The notes below the pieces were generated by a model. It had not been told where the DNA came from. It saw only the letters and a program-made list of their open reading frames with translations, and ran no database searches. A DNA stretch of 64,000 bases, from contig JBBDIZ010000024.1 in NCBI GenBank assembly GCA_040880145.1, forward strand, positions 1 through 64,000. The letters are read 5' to 3'. The DNA comes from Simkaniaceae bacterium (GTDB lineage Bacteria > Chlamydiota > Chlamydiia > Chlamydiales > JAJFMI01). The translations under genes were made by a program, and so were the position numbers. Shown piece by piece: positions 28,675 through 37,995 of this stretch (positions within the stretch are counted from its first letter, which is position 1; each line of letters opens with the position of its first letter).

Positions 28675-28710
28675 TATATCGAAACCAATTCTTGAAATTT
28701 TTTCGGTATA
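28675..28710. repeat. Family-B element, internally deleted copy
   Basis: TATATCGAAA-CCAATTCTTGAAATTTTTTCGGTATA; its right part matches CCAATTATTGAAGTTGTTTCGGTATA of the 5412 copy. Confidence 0.7.
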
Positions 28711-28767
28711 ATTCTTTACAAAAAAGCAACAAAACATTAAAATATATAATACAAACAAGGTGTTATT

Positions 28768-29313
28768 TTGATTAATGATATATCAGTAAACAATAATTAT
28801 GTTGATAGCGATTATGATTTTAATGAAGAGGATTATGATTTTAATGGTATGGAAGATAGTTCTGCCTCACCTCTTCATAAAGAGGATAGTTTATTTGACA
28901 AGGGTTTAGAAAAATTATTAGGTCTATTGAAAAAAATATTCAATATTTTTAAAATAATTTTTATAGATCCGTTTACAAGTTGCTGTACTCCAAATGACGA
29001 TATAGTAGAGCTGAAAGGGGCAACTCCAGGAGTTGGTGATCAAGACGTTCTAAATGTAAGGATTATTAATAATAAAGTATTTCTAAATGCTGATTTTTAT
29101 TATTTTTTTGACTCTGAAATTAAGAAAGCTAATGATTTCAAGGATGTTATTAATAAACATTTGAATGATTTTTTGAGCAAATCCTTAAATTTGGAAAAGG
29201 TTGTCATTATAAAAGAGGCTTCTACTTATTTGCTCAGGTTCTCTTTTGAAGAAGAAGACGCTCAATCCCCCGAAGAGTTTTCTTACCCTCAGAATTTAGA
29301 AAAAACTTTCTAG
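28768..29313 (+). CDS. AT-rich orphan protein, candidate effector
   Basis: 181-aa ORF, AAGGTG RBS, Asn/Asp-rich N terminus with DYDFN x2 and a TSCCTP motif. Confidence 0.6.
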   Translation: MINDISVNNNYVDSDYDFNEEDYDFNGMEDSSASPLHKEDSLFDKGLEKLLGLLKKIFNIFKIIFIDPFTSCCTPNDDIVELKGATPGVGDQDVLNVRIINNKVFLNADFYYFFDSEIKKANDFKDVINKHLNDFLSKSLNLEKVVIIKEASTYLLRFSFEEEDAQSPEEFSYPQNLEKTF

Positions 29314-29370
29314 AAATCTGGAGAAAAAAACGAGCCTAATATACTATCGGCACGACTTTTTTATTAAGGT

Positions 29371-30156
29371 GTGTCAATGGTTCGGTTTTGCCCATTAGCA
29401 TCGGGGTCAAAAGGAAATGCGATTTTTCTTTCGACTGAGAAAACAAAAATACTCTTCGATTGCGGATTAAGCGCTAAGCAGCTAGAAGTTCGTTTAAATT
29501 CCATAGGGGAATCGCTTTCAGAAATAGAAGCTATTCTCATTAGTCATGAGCACACCGATCATATTCGAGCGGTAGAGATCGTAAGCAAGCAGTATCAAAT
29601 TCCGATACTTGCAAATTCTGAAACGGCTAAAGCCATTCTTGCCCAGGTCAGAGTCGAGCCTCTTTTTAAGATTTTTTCGACAGGGGAGACGTTTCACTTC
29701 AAAGACTTGGAAATTCATCCCTTTAGTATTCAGCACGACACCTTAGATCCTGTCGCTTTTACTGTTAAAACCTGTGGTTATAAAATTGGCATTTGTACAG
29801 ACCTTGGATTTGCAACCTCTCTTGTTGAAAATCATCTTCGAGGCTGTGACGTTCTCTACTTGGAATCAAACCATGAGCCTTCAATGGTACACGCTTCAGC
29901 AAGGCCCATGGTCTATAAGCAAAGGGTGCTGGGGCGCCAGGGTCATCTATCTAATGAAGCTGCAGCAGAGCTGCTTCAAAAAGTAGCGCATGAGAAACTT
30001 TTAAAGGTTTATTTAGCTCATTTATCTGAAGAGTGCAACCATCCTGAAGTGGCTCTTAAAAAAGCAAAAGAAGCTTTAAGTAAAGCAGAGATTTCTGTTG
30101 AAATTGCCCATCAGGTAAAATGTAGTTCGTTACTGGAACTGTTTCTTAGAGTTTAA
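29371..30156 (+). CDS. MBL-fold metallo-hydrolase, YycJ/WalJ-like
   Basis: LASGSKGN, SHEHTDH, LESNHE, GHLSN, AHLSEECN. Confidence 0.9.
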   Translation: MSMVRFCPLASGSKGNAIFLSTEKTKILFDCGLSAKQLEVRLNSIGESLSEIEAILISHEHTDHIRAVEIVSKQYQIPILANSETAKAILAQVRVEPLFKIFSTGETFHFKDLEIHPFSIQHDTLDPVAFTVKTCGYKIGICTDLGFATSLVENHLRGCDVLYLESNHEPSMVHASARPMVYKQRVLGRQGHLSNEAAAELLQKVAHEKLLKVYLAHLSEECNHPEVALKKAKEALSKAEISVEIAHQVKCSSLLELFLRV

Positions 30157-31487
30157 AGGGGAAGCGTTAAGCCATCATAGGCAAGTCTGACTTGAGTCAT
30201 AAGATGACAATCATGAAGAATATCGAGATGGAGTTGAACTTTGACTTGGAGGTCACTATCTGAGTGTTGAGGATCGTGGTGGGTGACCACCCAATCATGA
30301 CAGTGAGTTGCATTGATAAGGGCGGTTGCATTCGAAATCGAACTATGACCCCAACCGACTTTTTTCTGATACTCTTCCGGAAAATATTGCGCCTCATGAA
30401 TCAATAAGTCGCAGTCTTTTAAAAATGAAATCAAGCTTTGGTGAGGCTCTAAAAGAGGGTGATTTTTTCCGATATCGCCTGGATGGCCATGATAGCCAAG
30501 GAGCATCTCGTTATCTGTAACGTAGCCAATCGTATGATGGGGTGAGCGTATTTTAAAGCAAAGGGTGTGGCCTGGGTGGTAAGTGTAGTGAGTTTCTAAA
30601 ACAAGATTGCCGATCTTGATATGATCGCCATCTCTTAATTCTTTGAATTCAAATTCTGCTTGCATGTCATCTAGACGAACAGGAAAAAAGGCATGAGCGA
30701 GCATTTCAGAAAAAATCTCCTTTGGAGCTCGATCAAAGCCAACGGGCGCCCAAATATTGATCTTGCAACCCTTACGATAAATCGGAGCAAAGAAGGGGAA
30801 TCCCGTGATATGATCCCAGTGCGTATGTCCTATAAAGAGATTGATTTCATTTTCATTCGTTAGCATTTCACCAAGAGGACGAATTCCTGTTCCGGCATCG
30901 ATGATTAAAAGGTCTTTCCCGTAACGAACTTCTAAGCAGCAGGTATTTCCTCCGTAGCGTACATATTTCGGTCCGGCCACTGGATTGCTGCCCCGGGTTC
31001 CCCAAAAGCGGATATAGGAAGTCGCAATTGTCGGTGTTGGGTTGTAAAAAGTCTTATTTTCAGGAAGATCCGGCATTTTTTCAACAAAGGGAGCCGCATT
31101 AAGATTTCCTTGAAAGTAAGACTCAACGATTAGAAAGAATTCATCAGCTGAGAAAGGCTTCTCTAAAAAATAAGTCGTGCCCCTATCCATAGCTGCGCGA
31201 TAATTTTGAATCATTGTCTGAGATGAGGTGATGATTACCCCAATTTCCTCAAAGCCCTTTTCCTTTCTCATATGACCGAGGATTTCAATTCCATGCATCT
31301 TAGGTAGCATCAATTCAACAATAATGAGTTCAGGCTTGAAGCTGTGGAGACGTTTCAGGGTTTCAGGCCCATCAGAGGTCATTTCAATTGCATAATCACT
31401 AAAGCGCTGATCACTTTTTAGCAAGCGACGAGTTTGGGGTGAGGGATCTGCTATGAGTAGGCGTTTAGGCTCCATAGGCCTACTCAT
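30153..31487 (-). CDS. Atypical receiver domain fused to an MBL-fold hydrolase
   Basis: N-terminal REC pattern (LLIAD...PELIIVELMLPKMHG...LEKPF), then FWGTRGS...YGGNT...HTHWDH...GWGHS...THHDP. Confidence 0.85.
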   Translation of the reverse strand: MSRPMEPKRLLIADPSPQTRRLLKSDQRFSDYAIEMTSDGPETLKRLHSFKPELIIVELMLPKMHGIEILGHMRKEKGFEEIGVIITSSQTMIQNYRAAMDRGTTYFLEKPFSADEFFLIVESYFQGNLNAAPFVEKMPDLPENKTFYNPTPTIATSYIRFWGTRGSNPVAGPKYVRYGGNTCCLEVRYGKDLLIIDAGTGIRPLGEMLTNENEINLFIGHTHWDHITGFPFFAPIYRKGCKINIWAPVGFDRAPKEIFSEMLAHAFFPVRLDDMQAEFEFKELRDGDHIKIGNLVLETHYTYHPGHTLCFKIRSPHHTIGYVTDNEMLLGYHGHPGDIGKNHPLLEPHQSLISFLKDCDLLIHEAQYFPEEYQKKVGWGHSSISNATALINATHCHDWVVTHHDPQHSDSDLQVKVQLHLDILHDCHLMTQVRLAYDGLTLPL

Positions 31488-31523
31488 AGCGAAAACAGAC
31501 TTTCGAATCTACTCTTTTACGAG

Positions 31524-32564
31524 TTAATTTTCACTATCCGAATAGAAATAAGAAGGAGAGAGGTCTTGAGAGTAGGAAGTGACTTTGAATCCCTTATCTG
31601 TTTTTTTCATTTCAGAAACGCATTCTATATCAATATAATTATGCCTATCTATAATCAGCTTATAGTTGTTATAAGATAAATAAAAATATATTCTATTTGT
31701 ATAGATTGCAGTAATCTGATTTTTATCAGTAGTTATTATTGCATCTCCAGAGCCTTGATGTGTAGGCAGTAAGTATGTACTATTGTTCTTTTGCTTATCC
31801 ATAAATTTAGCTAATAATAGACCTTGAAAGTTGCCTATAAGGCGATTTGGAATGATTTGCGAGGCCAAAAACTGTACAGGAAGGAGTTTTTCTTCTGAGT
31901 TGTCTAATTCTTTTTTTAAATTTTCGAGTTCACTCTCAATTGATTGAAAGGGGGCTAATGAGTTATTATTTATTGAAACTTGAAATTTTCTTTCTCGATC
32001 ACTTTTATAATCGTTAAGATAGGGAAGTGAATTATTGGATTTCTTTTGATTTTTCTTTAATTTAGAAGTGTATCCTTCGTTTATTTCTTCTATAATTTTT
32101 TGATTATCATCATGCTTCTTTAGGAAATTACCGGCCTTATTAGGTGCTATATTAAAAATGAGATCATTTATTAATTCTTTATTCTGGTAAAAAAGAGTAT
32201 ATAAGTCCCTTGACAGGTCTTTAAATGAAAAAGAATCGTCAAATTTGAGAGTCTCATCAATAGGCTGATCCCTTTTTTCTAATGCAATTTTATTTTCTAA
32301 TTCATTTTTATAAATTGATTGAATTAGCTTTTCTAGGGAATTTTTCTCTGTATAAATTTTAGTTTTTTCTAGGAATGCTAAAGCGATATCAAATAAAAAC
32401 CGAATTACCGAATATTTAACAAATTTATAAGTTTCAATTTCACCATAGGTATTAAGTCCCTTAATATAGCGGACTTGCTTTTGGGATTCGAGATGATCAA
32501 GCAATGAGCCGAAGCTATCACTATTGTTAAGAAGGTCTATTACATTCATAAATATTATACTCAT
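31524..32564 (-). CDS. AT-rich orphan protein
   Basis: 346-aa Asn/Lys/Ile-rich ORF, far too long to be chance in AT-rich DNA; no family recognised. Confidence 0.7.
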   Translation of the reverse strand: MSIIFMNVIDLLNNSDSFGSLLDHLESQKQVRYIKGLNTYGEIETYKFVKYSVIRFLFDIALAFLEKTKIYTEKNSLEKLIQSIYKNELENKIALEKRDQPIDETLKFDDSFSFKDLSRDLYTLFYQNKELINDLIFNIAPNKAGNFLKKHDDNQKIIEEINEGYTSKLKKNQKKSNNSLPYLNDYKSDRERKFQVSINNNSLAPFQSIESELENLKKELDNSEEKLLPVQFLASQIIPNRLIGNFQGLLLAKFMDKQKNNSTYLLPTHQGSGDAIITTDKNQITAIYTNRIYFYLSYNNYKLIIDRHNYIDIECVSEMKKTDKGFKVTSYSQDLSPSYFYSDSEN

Positions 32565-32621
32565 TTTAACTTTAATATATATTAATTATATGTGAAATAT
32601 TAATTTTAGTAAAGGAAGAAT

Positions 32622-32657
32622 TACACCGAAACAACTTCAAGAATCAATTTTGGTATA
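32622..32657. repeat. Family-B element, internally deleted copy
   Basis: TACACCGAAACAACTTCAAGAATCAATTTTGGTATA; first 19 nt match the 5412 copy at 18 positions. Confidence 0.75.
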
Positions 32658-32659
32658 AA

Positions 32660-35020
32660 TCAATCAAAATCAAAGGCTTGTGGAGAGTCTATAAGGACTT
32701 TTCTTGGGCGGCTTCCTTCTTGGGGGCCTATAATTCCTTGCGATTCAAGCTCGTCGATTAACGCGGCGGCTCTTGGGTACCCAAGTTTGAGCTTTCTTTG
32801 GAGGTAGGAGGTTGAGATTTTTTTGCTATGAATAGCGATTTCAATGGCTTTTTCAAAGAGTGGGTCTCGGTTGTCATCTGAGGTTCCTCCGCAATTTGTA
32901 AGCTCTTCACGGCTCATGTTATCGAAGGATTTAATGAGGTAGTTTGGGGAGGCTTGATTGCAGATGTAGTTGATGACTCTATGGATATCCTCGTCTCGTA
33001 TATAAACGCCTTGTGCACGAGTCAGCTGCGAGGTACCGGGGGGAAGAAAGAGCATGTCGCCATTTCCAAGGAGGGTTTCAGCGCCATTTTCATCGAGAAT
33101 AATTTGGCTGTTGACGCGGCTTGCGACTTTAAAAGCAATTCGTGTCGGAAAGTTTGCTTTGATGAGGCCTGTAATGACCTCTCGTGAAGGCCTTTGTGTT
33201 GCTAAGATAAGGTGGATGCCGACAGCTCTTGCCATTTGTGCAATACGGGCAATGGGTGTTTCTAAGTCTGAGCTTGAGGTCATCATAAGATCGGCAAATT
33301 CATCGATAATGGCAACGATTTTTACCATTTTCTCTGGTATAGAAATGTCTAAAGCGTCCTCTAACTCTTGGTTGATCTTGCGGCTATTGAAAGCTGTGAT
33401 ATTACGCATCTGCAGCGCTTTTAGAATTTCGTAGCGGTGCTGCATCTCTTGAACAAGCCAGCTTAAGGCTGCGTAGGCGCCGTGAGCTTCAGTGATCACG
33501 GGAGCAACAAGGTGGGGCAGGGCTGAATAGGGGGTAAGCTCAACTTTTTTCGGGTCGATTAAGATGAGTTTGGTCTCATCGGGGTGCGCATTCATGAGAA
33601 GGGACATGATGATGGTATTGATGCAGACCGACTTGCCCGAGCCTGTAGCGCCTGCAATGATTGCATGGGGCCATTTGACAAGGTCGCACATGACATCATC
33701 GCCACTGACGGTTTTTCCAAGGAGTATGGGGATATTAAATTGCCGGGGGTTTTTCTTATAGCGAGTGAGCATCTCCTTGAAGCCAACCTCTTGGGGGTGT
33801 CTTGAGGGAATCTCGACGCCTACAGCGGCTTTTCCGGGTATGGGGGCGATGATGCGAATAGAGGGGGCTTGTAGATTGAGGGCGATGTCGTTTTCAAGAG
33901 TGGTGATTTTTTGAACTTTAACCCCGACAGCCGGGTGAACTTCAAAAGAGGTGATGGTGGGGCCGCAGTTGATTTCTCCCACATGCGCTTCGATGCCAAA
34001 ACTTGCTAAAGTCTCTTCTAAGACGCGGGATTGGTCTTGCAGATCTTTTTTGTAGGTTGGGGCATCGATAAGTTTATTAGATGAAGAGAGGAGGTTGATG
34101 GGAGGAAGTTTATAATTTTTGTAGGCGCTTTTAAACGAAGCTTTTCGTTCAGTTGGAATATCTCCTGCAAGCTCGGGCCTTTTTTTCTTATTGTTGATTA
34201 GAAGCTCAGGCAGTGGAGAGCTGATTGAAGGTTTTGACGGGGCAAGTATTGGGGGAGGAGCCTTCTCTAAAAAGCGTTCATATTTAGGTTCAAAAGCGGC
34301 TTTTTTCAGTTCTTTTGGGGGCAAGGCGGCGAGGGGGGGCTTTTTTTTCTTGATTCCCCAGTCGATGTTTGGCCAGTTGCAGTTTTTGGCTAAACGTTTG
34401 CTAAACCCTATAATGGCAAGTGAAACTTTTTTTGTTCCCCGAATGACATCGAGAATTTTGATCTCTGCAAGCAGAATAAAACTCATAATAGAGGTCATGG
34501 AAAAGGTGAGAAAGACTCCCACATTACTCAATACTTTCTGCAGGCTGTAGCGTGGAATGTCGTGGAAGAGAAAGTAGGTGGGAATGCCTCCGAGGTTATA
34601 GCGAGTCGCTTGACTAAAAAAAGGAGACTTTAGAGTCAGTTTTTGACTTACAACGCGCTCTTTAAAAAAGGAGTAGTCCATAGAGTGTGTTTCTGCAAAG
34701 AGATTCAACAAAAAGGAGAGGGAGAGGATGAGAGAAAAAAAGTAGGTTACCTTAAAGGGGAGGTGAGGAAGTTTTCCGGAAACTAGGAGCTTCCATCCCA
34801 TAAAGAAAAGAAGACCCACAACGAGATAGGAAGTGATGCCAAAGCAGTAATTGAATAGAAAGCCAATACCATGGCCGATAAGTCCTAGCCAATTTTTTTC
34901 ATGCTCGCCGTCTATAAAACTTAAGAGTGCTAAGAGCACGGTCATTGACAGTGCTAAAAAAAGCAGGCCTTTTGCTTCCGGATGGGTTGGAGATTCTGAC
35001 TTATTCTTCTTCACACCCAT
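32660..35020 (-). CDS. ftsK: DNA translocase FtsK
   Basis: N-terminal TM segments, AGATGSGKS, IDPKKVEL, ILATQRPS, gamma domain STSYLQRKLKLGYPRAA. Confidence 0.97.
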   Translation of the reverse strand: MGVKKNKSESPTHPEAKGLLFLALSMTVLLALLSFIDGEHEKNWLGLIGHGIGFLFNYCFGITSYLVVGLLFFMGWKLLVSGKLPHLPFKVTYFFSLILSLSFLLNLFAETHSMDYSFFKERVVSQKLTLKSPFFSQATRYNLGGIPTYFLFHDIPRYSLQKVLSNVGVFLTFSMTSIMSFILLAEIKILDVIRGTKKVSLAIIGFSKRLAKNCNWPNIDWGIKKKKPPLAALPPKELKKAAFEPKYERFLEKAPPPILAPSKPSISSPLPELLINNKKKRPELAGDIPTERKASFKSAYKNYKLPPINLLSSSNKLIDAPTYKKDLQDQSRVLEETLASFGIEAHVGEINCGPTITSFEVHPAVGVKVQKITTLENDIALNLQAPSIRIIAPIPGKAAVGVEIPSRHPQEVGFKEMLTRYKKNPRQFNIPILLGKTVSGDDVMCDLVKWPHAIIAGATGSGKSVCINTIIMSLLMNAHPDETKLILIDPKKVELTPYSALPHLVAPVITEAHGAYAALSWLVQEMQHRYEILKALQMRNITAFNSRKINQELEDALDISIPEKMVKIVAIIDEFADLMMTSSSDLETPIARIAQMARAVGIHLILATQRPSREVITGLIKANFPTRIAFKVASRVNSQIILDENGAETLLGNGDMLFLPPGTSQLTRAQGVYIRDEDIHRVINYICNQASPNYLIKSFDNMSREELTNCGGTSDDNRDPLFEKAIEIAIHSKKISTSYLQRKLKLGYPRAAALIDELESQGIIGPQEGSRPRKVLIDSPQAFDFD

Positions 35021-35055
35021 TCAATAACATAATTCCGATTTTTTTTACAGAAAAT

Positions 35056-35131
35056 GGGCGAACGACGGGACTCGAACCCGCGACCCCTGGAATCACAATC
35101 CAGTGCTCTAACCAACTGAGCTACGATCGCC
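35056..35131 (-). tRNA. tRNA-His (GUG)
   Basis: Cloverleaf G(-1)GCGATCG TA GCTC..GAGC A CTGGA TT GTG AT TCCAG ... GCGGG TTCGAGT CCCGT CGTTCGC C; has the G-1:C73 His identity element. Confidence 0.95.
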
Positions 35132-36601
35132 ATAAAAAAATGAGTCCTTATTTTCTAATAAATGGGTGATTTTCGTCAAGGCGATTGGGATAAAAAAGAA
35201 GAAAAGAAGCCAAGGCAGGGGAAGAGATTTTACATAGAGGAGAAAGGAATAAGCGGTTGGTGCATAGGTGACCGTTCGGATTAAAAAAAGTGTATAAAGC
35301 TCGGTTAGAGGCATTAGGAAAGGAAAGAGAAGGGAAAGGAGCACAAAAAAAAGGGAGATTGTCACCCCGAATGGATAAAAGAGATTATAAAAAAAGCTTA
35401 AAAGGGGATAGCGCCCAAAGACATGAAGAAGAAGAGGGAGGGTAAAGAAATTGACAGCAAATGATAAAGCTACTGCATTTCGAATCAATCCGGCGAGGAG
35501 GTAGATGTGTTTTTCGATAAATGAGAGGGAGAGAGCCTCTTTGCGTTTTCTTTTGGGTAAACATCTCCAAAGCGCCTTGTCGATAGGAGCTGTTAAAGTG
35601 ATAAGGCCAAAAGTTGCAAGATAGCTGAGCTGAAAGCCGAGGGAGAGAAGGTTGAGGGGGTTGATGAGAAAAGAGAGGATAAAGGCGATAGATAGCGCAT
35701 TTAAAGCGCTGCACTTTCGGCTGATCATTCGACCGGATAAAGGAATTAAAAGCGCGATCCAGGCGCGCGTAATTGAGGCAGTGGGACCAATATAAATAAA
35801 GAAAAGAGTGAGTAAAACCATCATGGAAAAGGCAGAAGAGCGAAGAGGAAAAAAACGGGAGAGAAAAAAAGTTAAAAAGAGGGAAAGCATGGCAAAATGA
35901 AAGCCGGAAATAGCAAGAATATGGCTTTGGGCAAGCCTGTCAAATTCGTATTTTAATGAACGCTCTTCTAAATCACCCGTTAGCAGCGTTGCAAAAAAAA
36001 GGTAGGTTTTTTTCTTTTTCACTCGTTTTCTTAAAAACTTACGGAGTTTATTTTTCAATCGATAACGTTTTCCGGTAAATCTTGAGCTTTTTAAAGCGGC
36101 TGTCCATTTTGTGGGTTTAAAAAGGGAGAAATTTGGGCTTTTTTGAATAAGTGTTCCTTCTAAAAGATAATCTGTATCCGCGTTTGGGTGTTTTCCGTAA
36201 AGAGGGCGGAAGATATGGCAAGGTAAATTTTTGTACTCGTTGATGCCATCACTGAATTTGATGATTGTCCCGGTATATTGAGTTCTCCATCCAAAACTCG
36301 CTTGTGTCTTTTTTAATACTTTGGGGTGAAAATAGGCTGTTCCTATTTGAGCATCTGATATTTTCGGGGGGAGGCTGAAGTGGACGTAATAAAAGCTCAC
36401 GGTCATTAAGATGATTAAGGGTAGGGAGCGGTTTTGTAAAAAGAAAAGCAGTGCGAAGGGGAGTGTAATGAGTCCAATACAAGAGAACAGAGCTCCAAAA
36501 AGCATGGAAAGAGCGTAGTCAAAAGCGGGAGCATCTTTATATTCAAGAATCGGTTTTGCTAGCTGCGAAAATCCAATTCTTGAGGTTGTTTCGGTATACA
36601 T
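35108..36601 (-). CDS. comEC: ComEC/Rec2-family competence membrane protein
   Basis: HILAISGFH, SITRA and GFQLSYLAT motifs; the N-terminal start is uncertain (see findings). Confidence 0.88.
   Translation of the reverse strand: MYTETTSRIGFSQLAKPILEYKDAPAFDYALSMLFGALFSCIGLITLPFALLFFLQNRSLPLIILMTVSFYYVHFSLPPKISDAQIGTAYFHPKVLKKTQASFGWRTQYTGTIIKFSDGINEYKNLPCHIFRPLYGKHPNADTDYLLEGTLIQKSPNFSLFKPTKWTAALKSSRFTGKRYRLKNKLRKFLRKRVKKKKTYLFFATLLTGDLEERSLKYEFDRLAQSHILAISGFHFAMLSLFLTFFLSRFFPLRSSAFSMMVLLTLFFIYIGPTASITRAWIALLIPLSGRMISRKCSALNALSIAFILSFLINPLNLLSLGFQLSYLATFGLITLTAPIDKALWRCLPKRKRKEALSLSFIEKHIYLLAGLIRNAVALSFAVNFFTLPLLLHVFGRYPLLSFFYNLFYPFGVTISLFFVLLSLLFPFLMPLTELYTLFLIRTVTYAPTAYSFLLYVKSLPLPWLLFFFFIPIALTKITHLLENKDSFFYGDRSSVG
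36542..36598. repeat. Family-B element, one end truncated, inside the 5' end of the comEC ORF
   Basis: TTCAAGAATCGGTTTTGCTAGCTGCGAAAATCCAATTCTTGAGGTTGTTTCGGTATA aligns to 5426-5484. Confidence 0.8.
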
Positions 36602-36625
36602 AGCAAAGAAGATGCAAACAAAATC

Positions 36626-37912
36626 TTATAATGTCAAGTTGGATGGCGTGTCTGTTTTTGACTCTTCTTCGATGCAGCGATTGATCAAACGCGCACCCCG
36701 GGTTCCTGTGATATAGTGAAAAAACCACTCGAGCATGACACTAAAACGGTTGCGAAATCCGATGAGGTAGGCGACATGCAGCCCGCCCCAGATGACCCAA
36801 GCGAGAAAGCCGGTAAATTTTAGACCTCGAAAGTAGCCGACAGCTTTTAGACGCCCAATTGTGGCTAAACTTCCTTTGTCAAAGTAATTAAATTTACGCC
36901 GCTTTTCTTTTGGAGTTTCATTTTTGATGATTTTAGAGACATAAGAGCCCATTTGAATGGCAACGGGGGCAATTCCAGGCAAGATCTGCCCCTTCTTATC
37001 TTTAGTAGAGGCGGCATCTCCAATGACAAAAATTTCGGGATAATCAGGAATGGATAGATCCTCTTCGACAAGGGCCCTTCCTTGCCGGTCAAGTGGTATA
37101 TCGAGCTTTCGAAGCAATGGCGAGGCTTGATTGCCTGCAGCCCAAATTACATTGTGGCCTTCAATTAAAGTTTCTCCAATTCGAACACCCTCATCAGAAA
37201 TATCGGTGACCAGCTTTTCAGTCAAAACCTTCACCCCCATTTCTTCGAGATCTTGTTTTGCCCGCTTTGAAAGTGAGGAAGGATAAGGAGGAAGAACGCG
37301 GGGCGCCCCTTCGATTAAGTAAATTTTTGATTTTTTAGGATTGATGCGGCGAAAATTTTTAAACATGGTCTTGTAGGCGATTTCAGCAATCGCTCCTGCC
37401 ATCTCGACACCTGTTGGCCCAGCACCAATGATGATAAAGTTTAAATACTTCGCAGCCTTTGAAACGCTATCTTGTCTTTCAGCCTTTTCAAAGGACATTA
37501 AGATATGCTCTCGAATCGTCAGGGCGTCTTTCACCGTCTTAAGCCCTGGGGCGAGTGCTTCCCATTCATCGTGGCCGAAATAAGAGTGCCGCGCTCCGAC
37601 TGCCAAAACAAGGTAGTCATAGTTGAGAGTGTCTCCATTTCCAAGCCGAATGAGCCTTTTTTCTTTATCGATGTCGACCACATCCCCCATCATAACGGTT
37701 GTATTTTTATGCGAGCGAAAGATTTCTCTTAAGGGGACAGCGATATCTGCAGGGGAAAGAGCAGCAGAAGCAACTTGGTAGAGGAGAGGTTGAAAGAGGT
37801 GGTGATTGGTCTTGTCGACTAAAAAGACGTCCATCTCAGCTTTTTTAAGCCTTTGAACGACCCTTAAGCCACCAAATCCCCCACCGACAACAACAACTTT
37901 TGTATACGCCAT
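36626..37912 (-). CDS. ndh: Type II NADH dehydrogenase (NDH-2)
   Basis: GGGFGG, HLFQPLLYQVA, GAGPTGVEMAG, IWAAG, FVIGD, YFDKGSLATIGR. Confidence 0.92.
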   Translation of the reverse strand: MAYTKVVVVGGGFGGLRVVQRLKKAEMDVFLVDKTNHHLFQPLLYQVASAALSPADIAVPLREIFRSHKNTTVMMGDVVDIDKEKRLIRLGNGDTLNYDYLVLAVGARHSYFGHDEWEALAPGLKTVKDALTIREHILMSFEKAERQDSVSKAAKYLNFIIIGAGPTGVEMAGAIAEIAYKTMFKNFRRINPKKSKIYLIEGAPRVLPPYPSSLSKRAKQDLEEMGVKVLTEKLVTDISDEGVRIGETLIEGHNVIWAAGNQASPLLRKLDIPLDRQGRALVEEDLSIPDYPEIFVIGDAASTKDKKGQILPGIAPVAIQMGSYVSKIIKNETPKEKRRKFNYFDKGSLATIGRLKAVGYFRGLKFTGFLAWVIWGGLHVAYLIGFRNRFSVMLEWFFHYITGTRGARLINRCIEEESKTDTPSNLTL

Positions 37913-37995
37913 AATAATAGTATATAATATAGGGAGTATTTACATGTAAATCAAAGATGTGAATAACTAAAAAACACTTTTTTTAGGGGCGAGCC

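Noticed and set aside
34927..35169. 80-aa plus-strand ORF over tRNA-His (likewise 55799-56002 over tRNA-Cys)
   Set aside because: Antisense readings of tRNA genes, not proteins.
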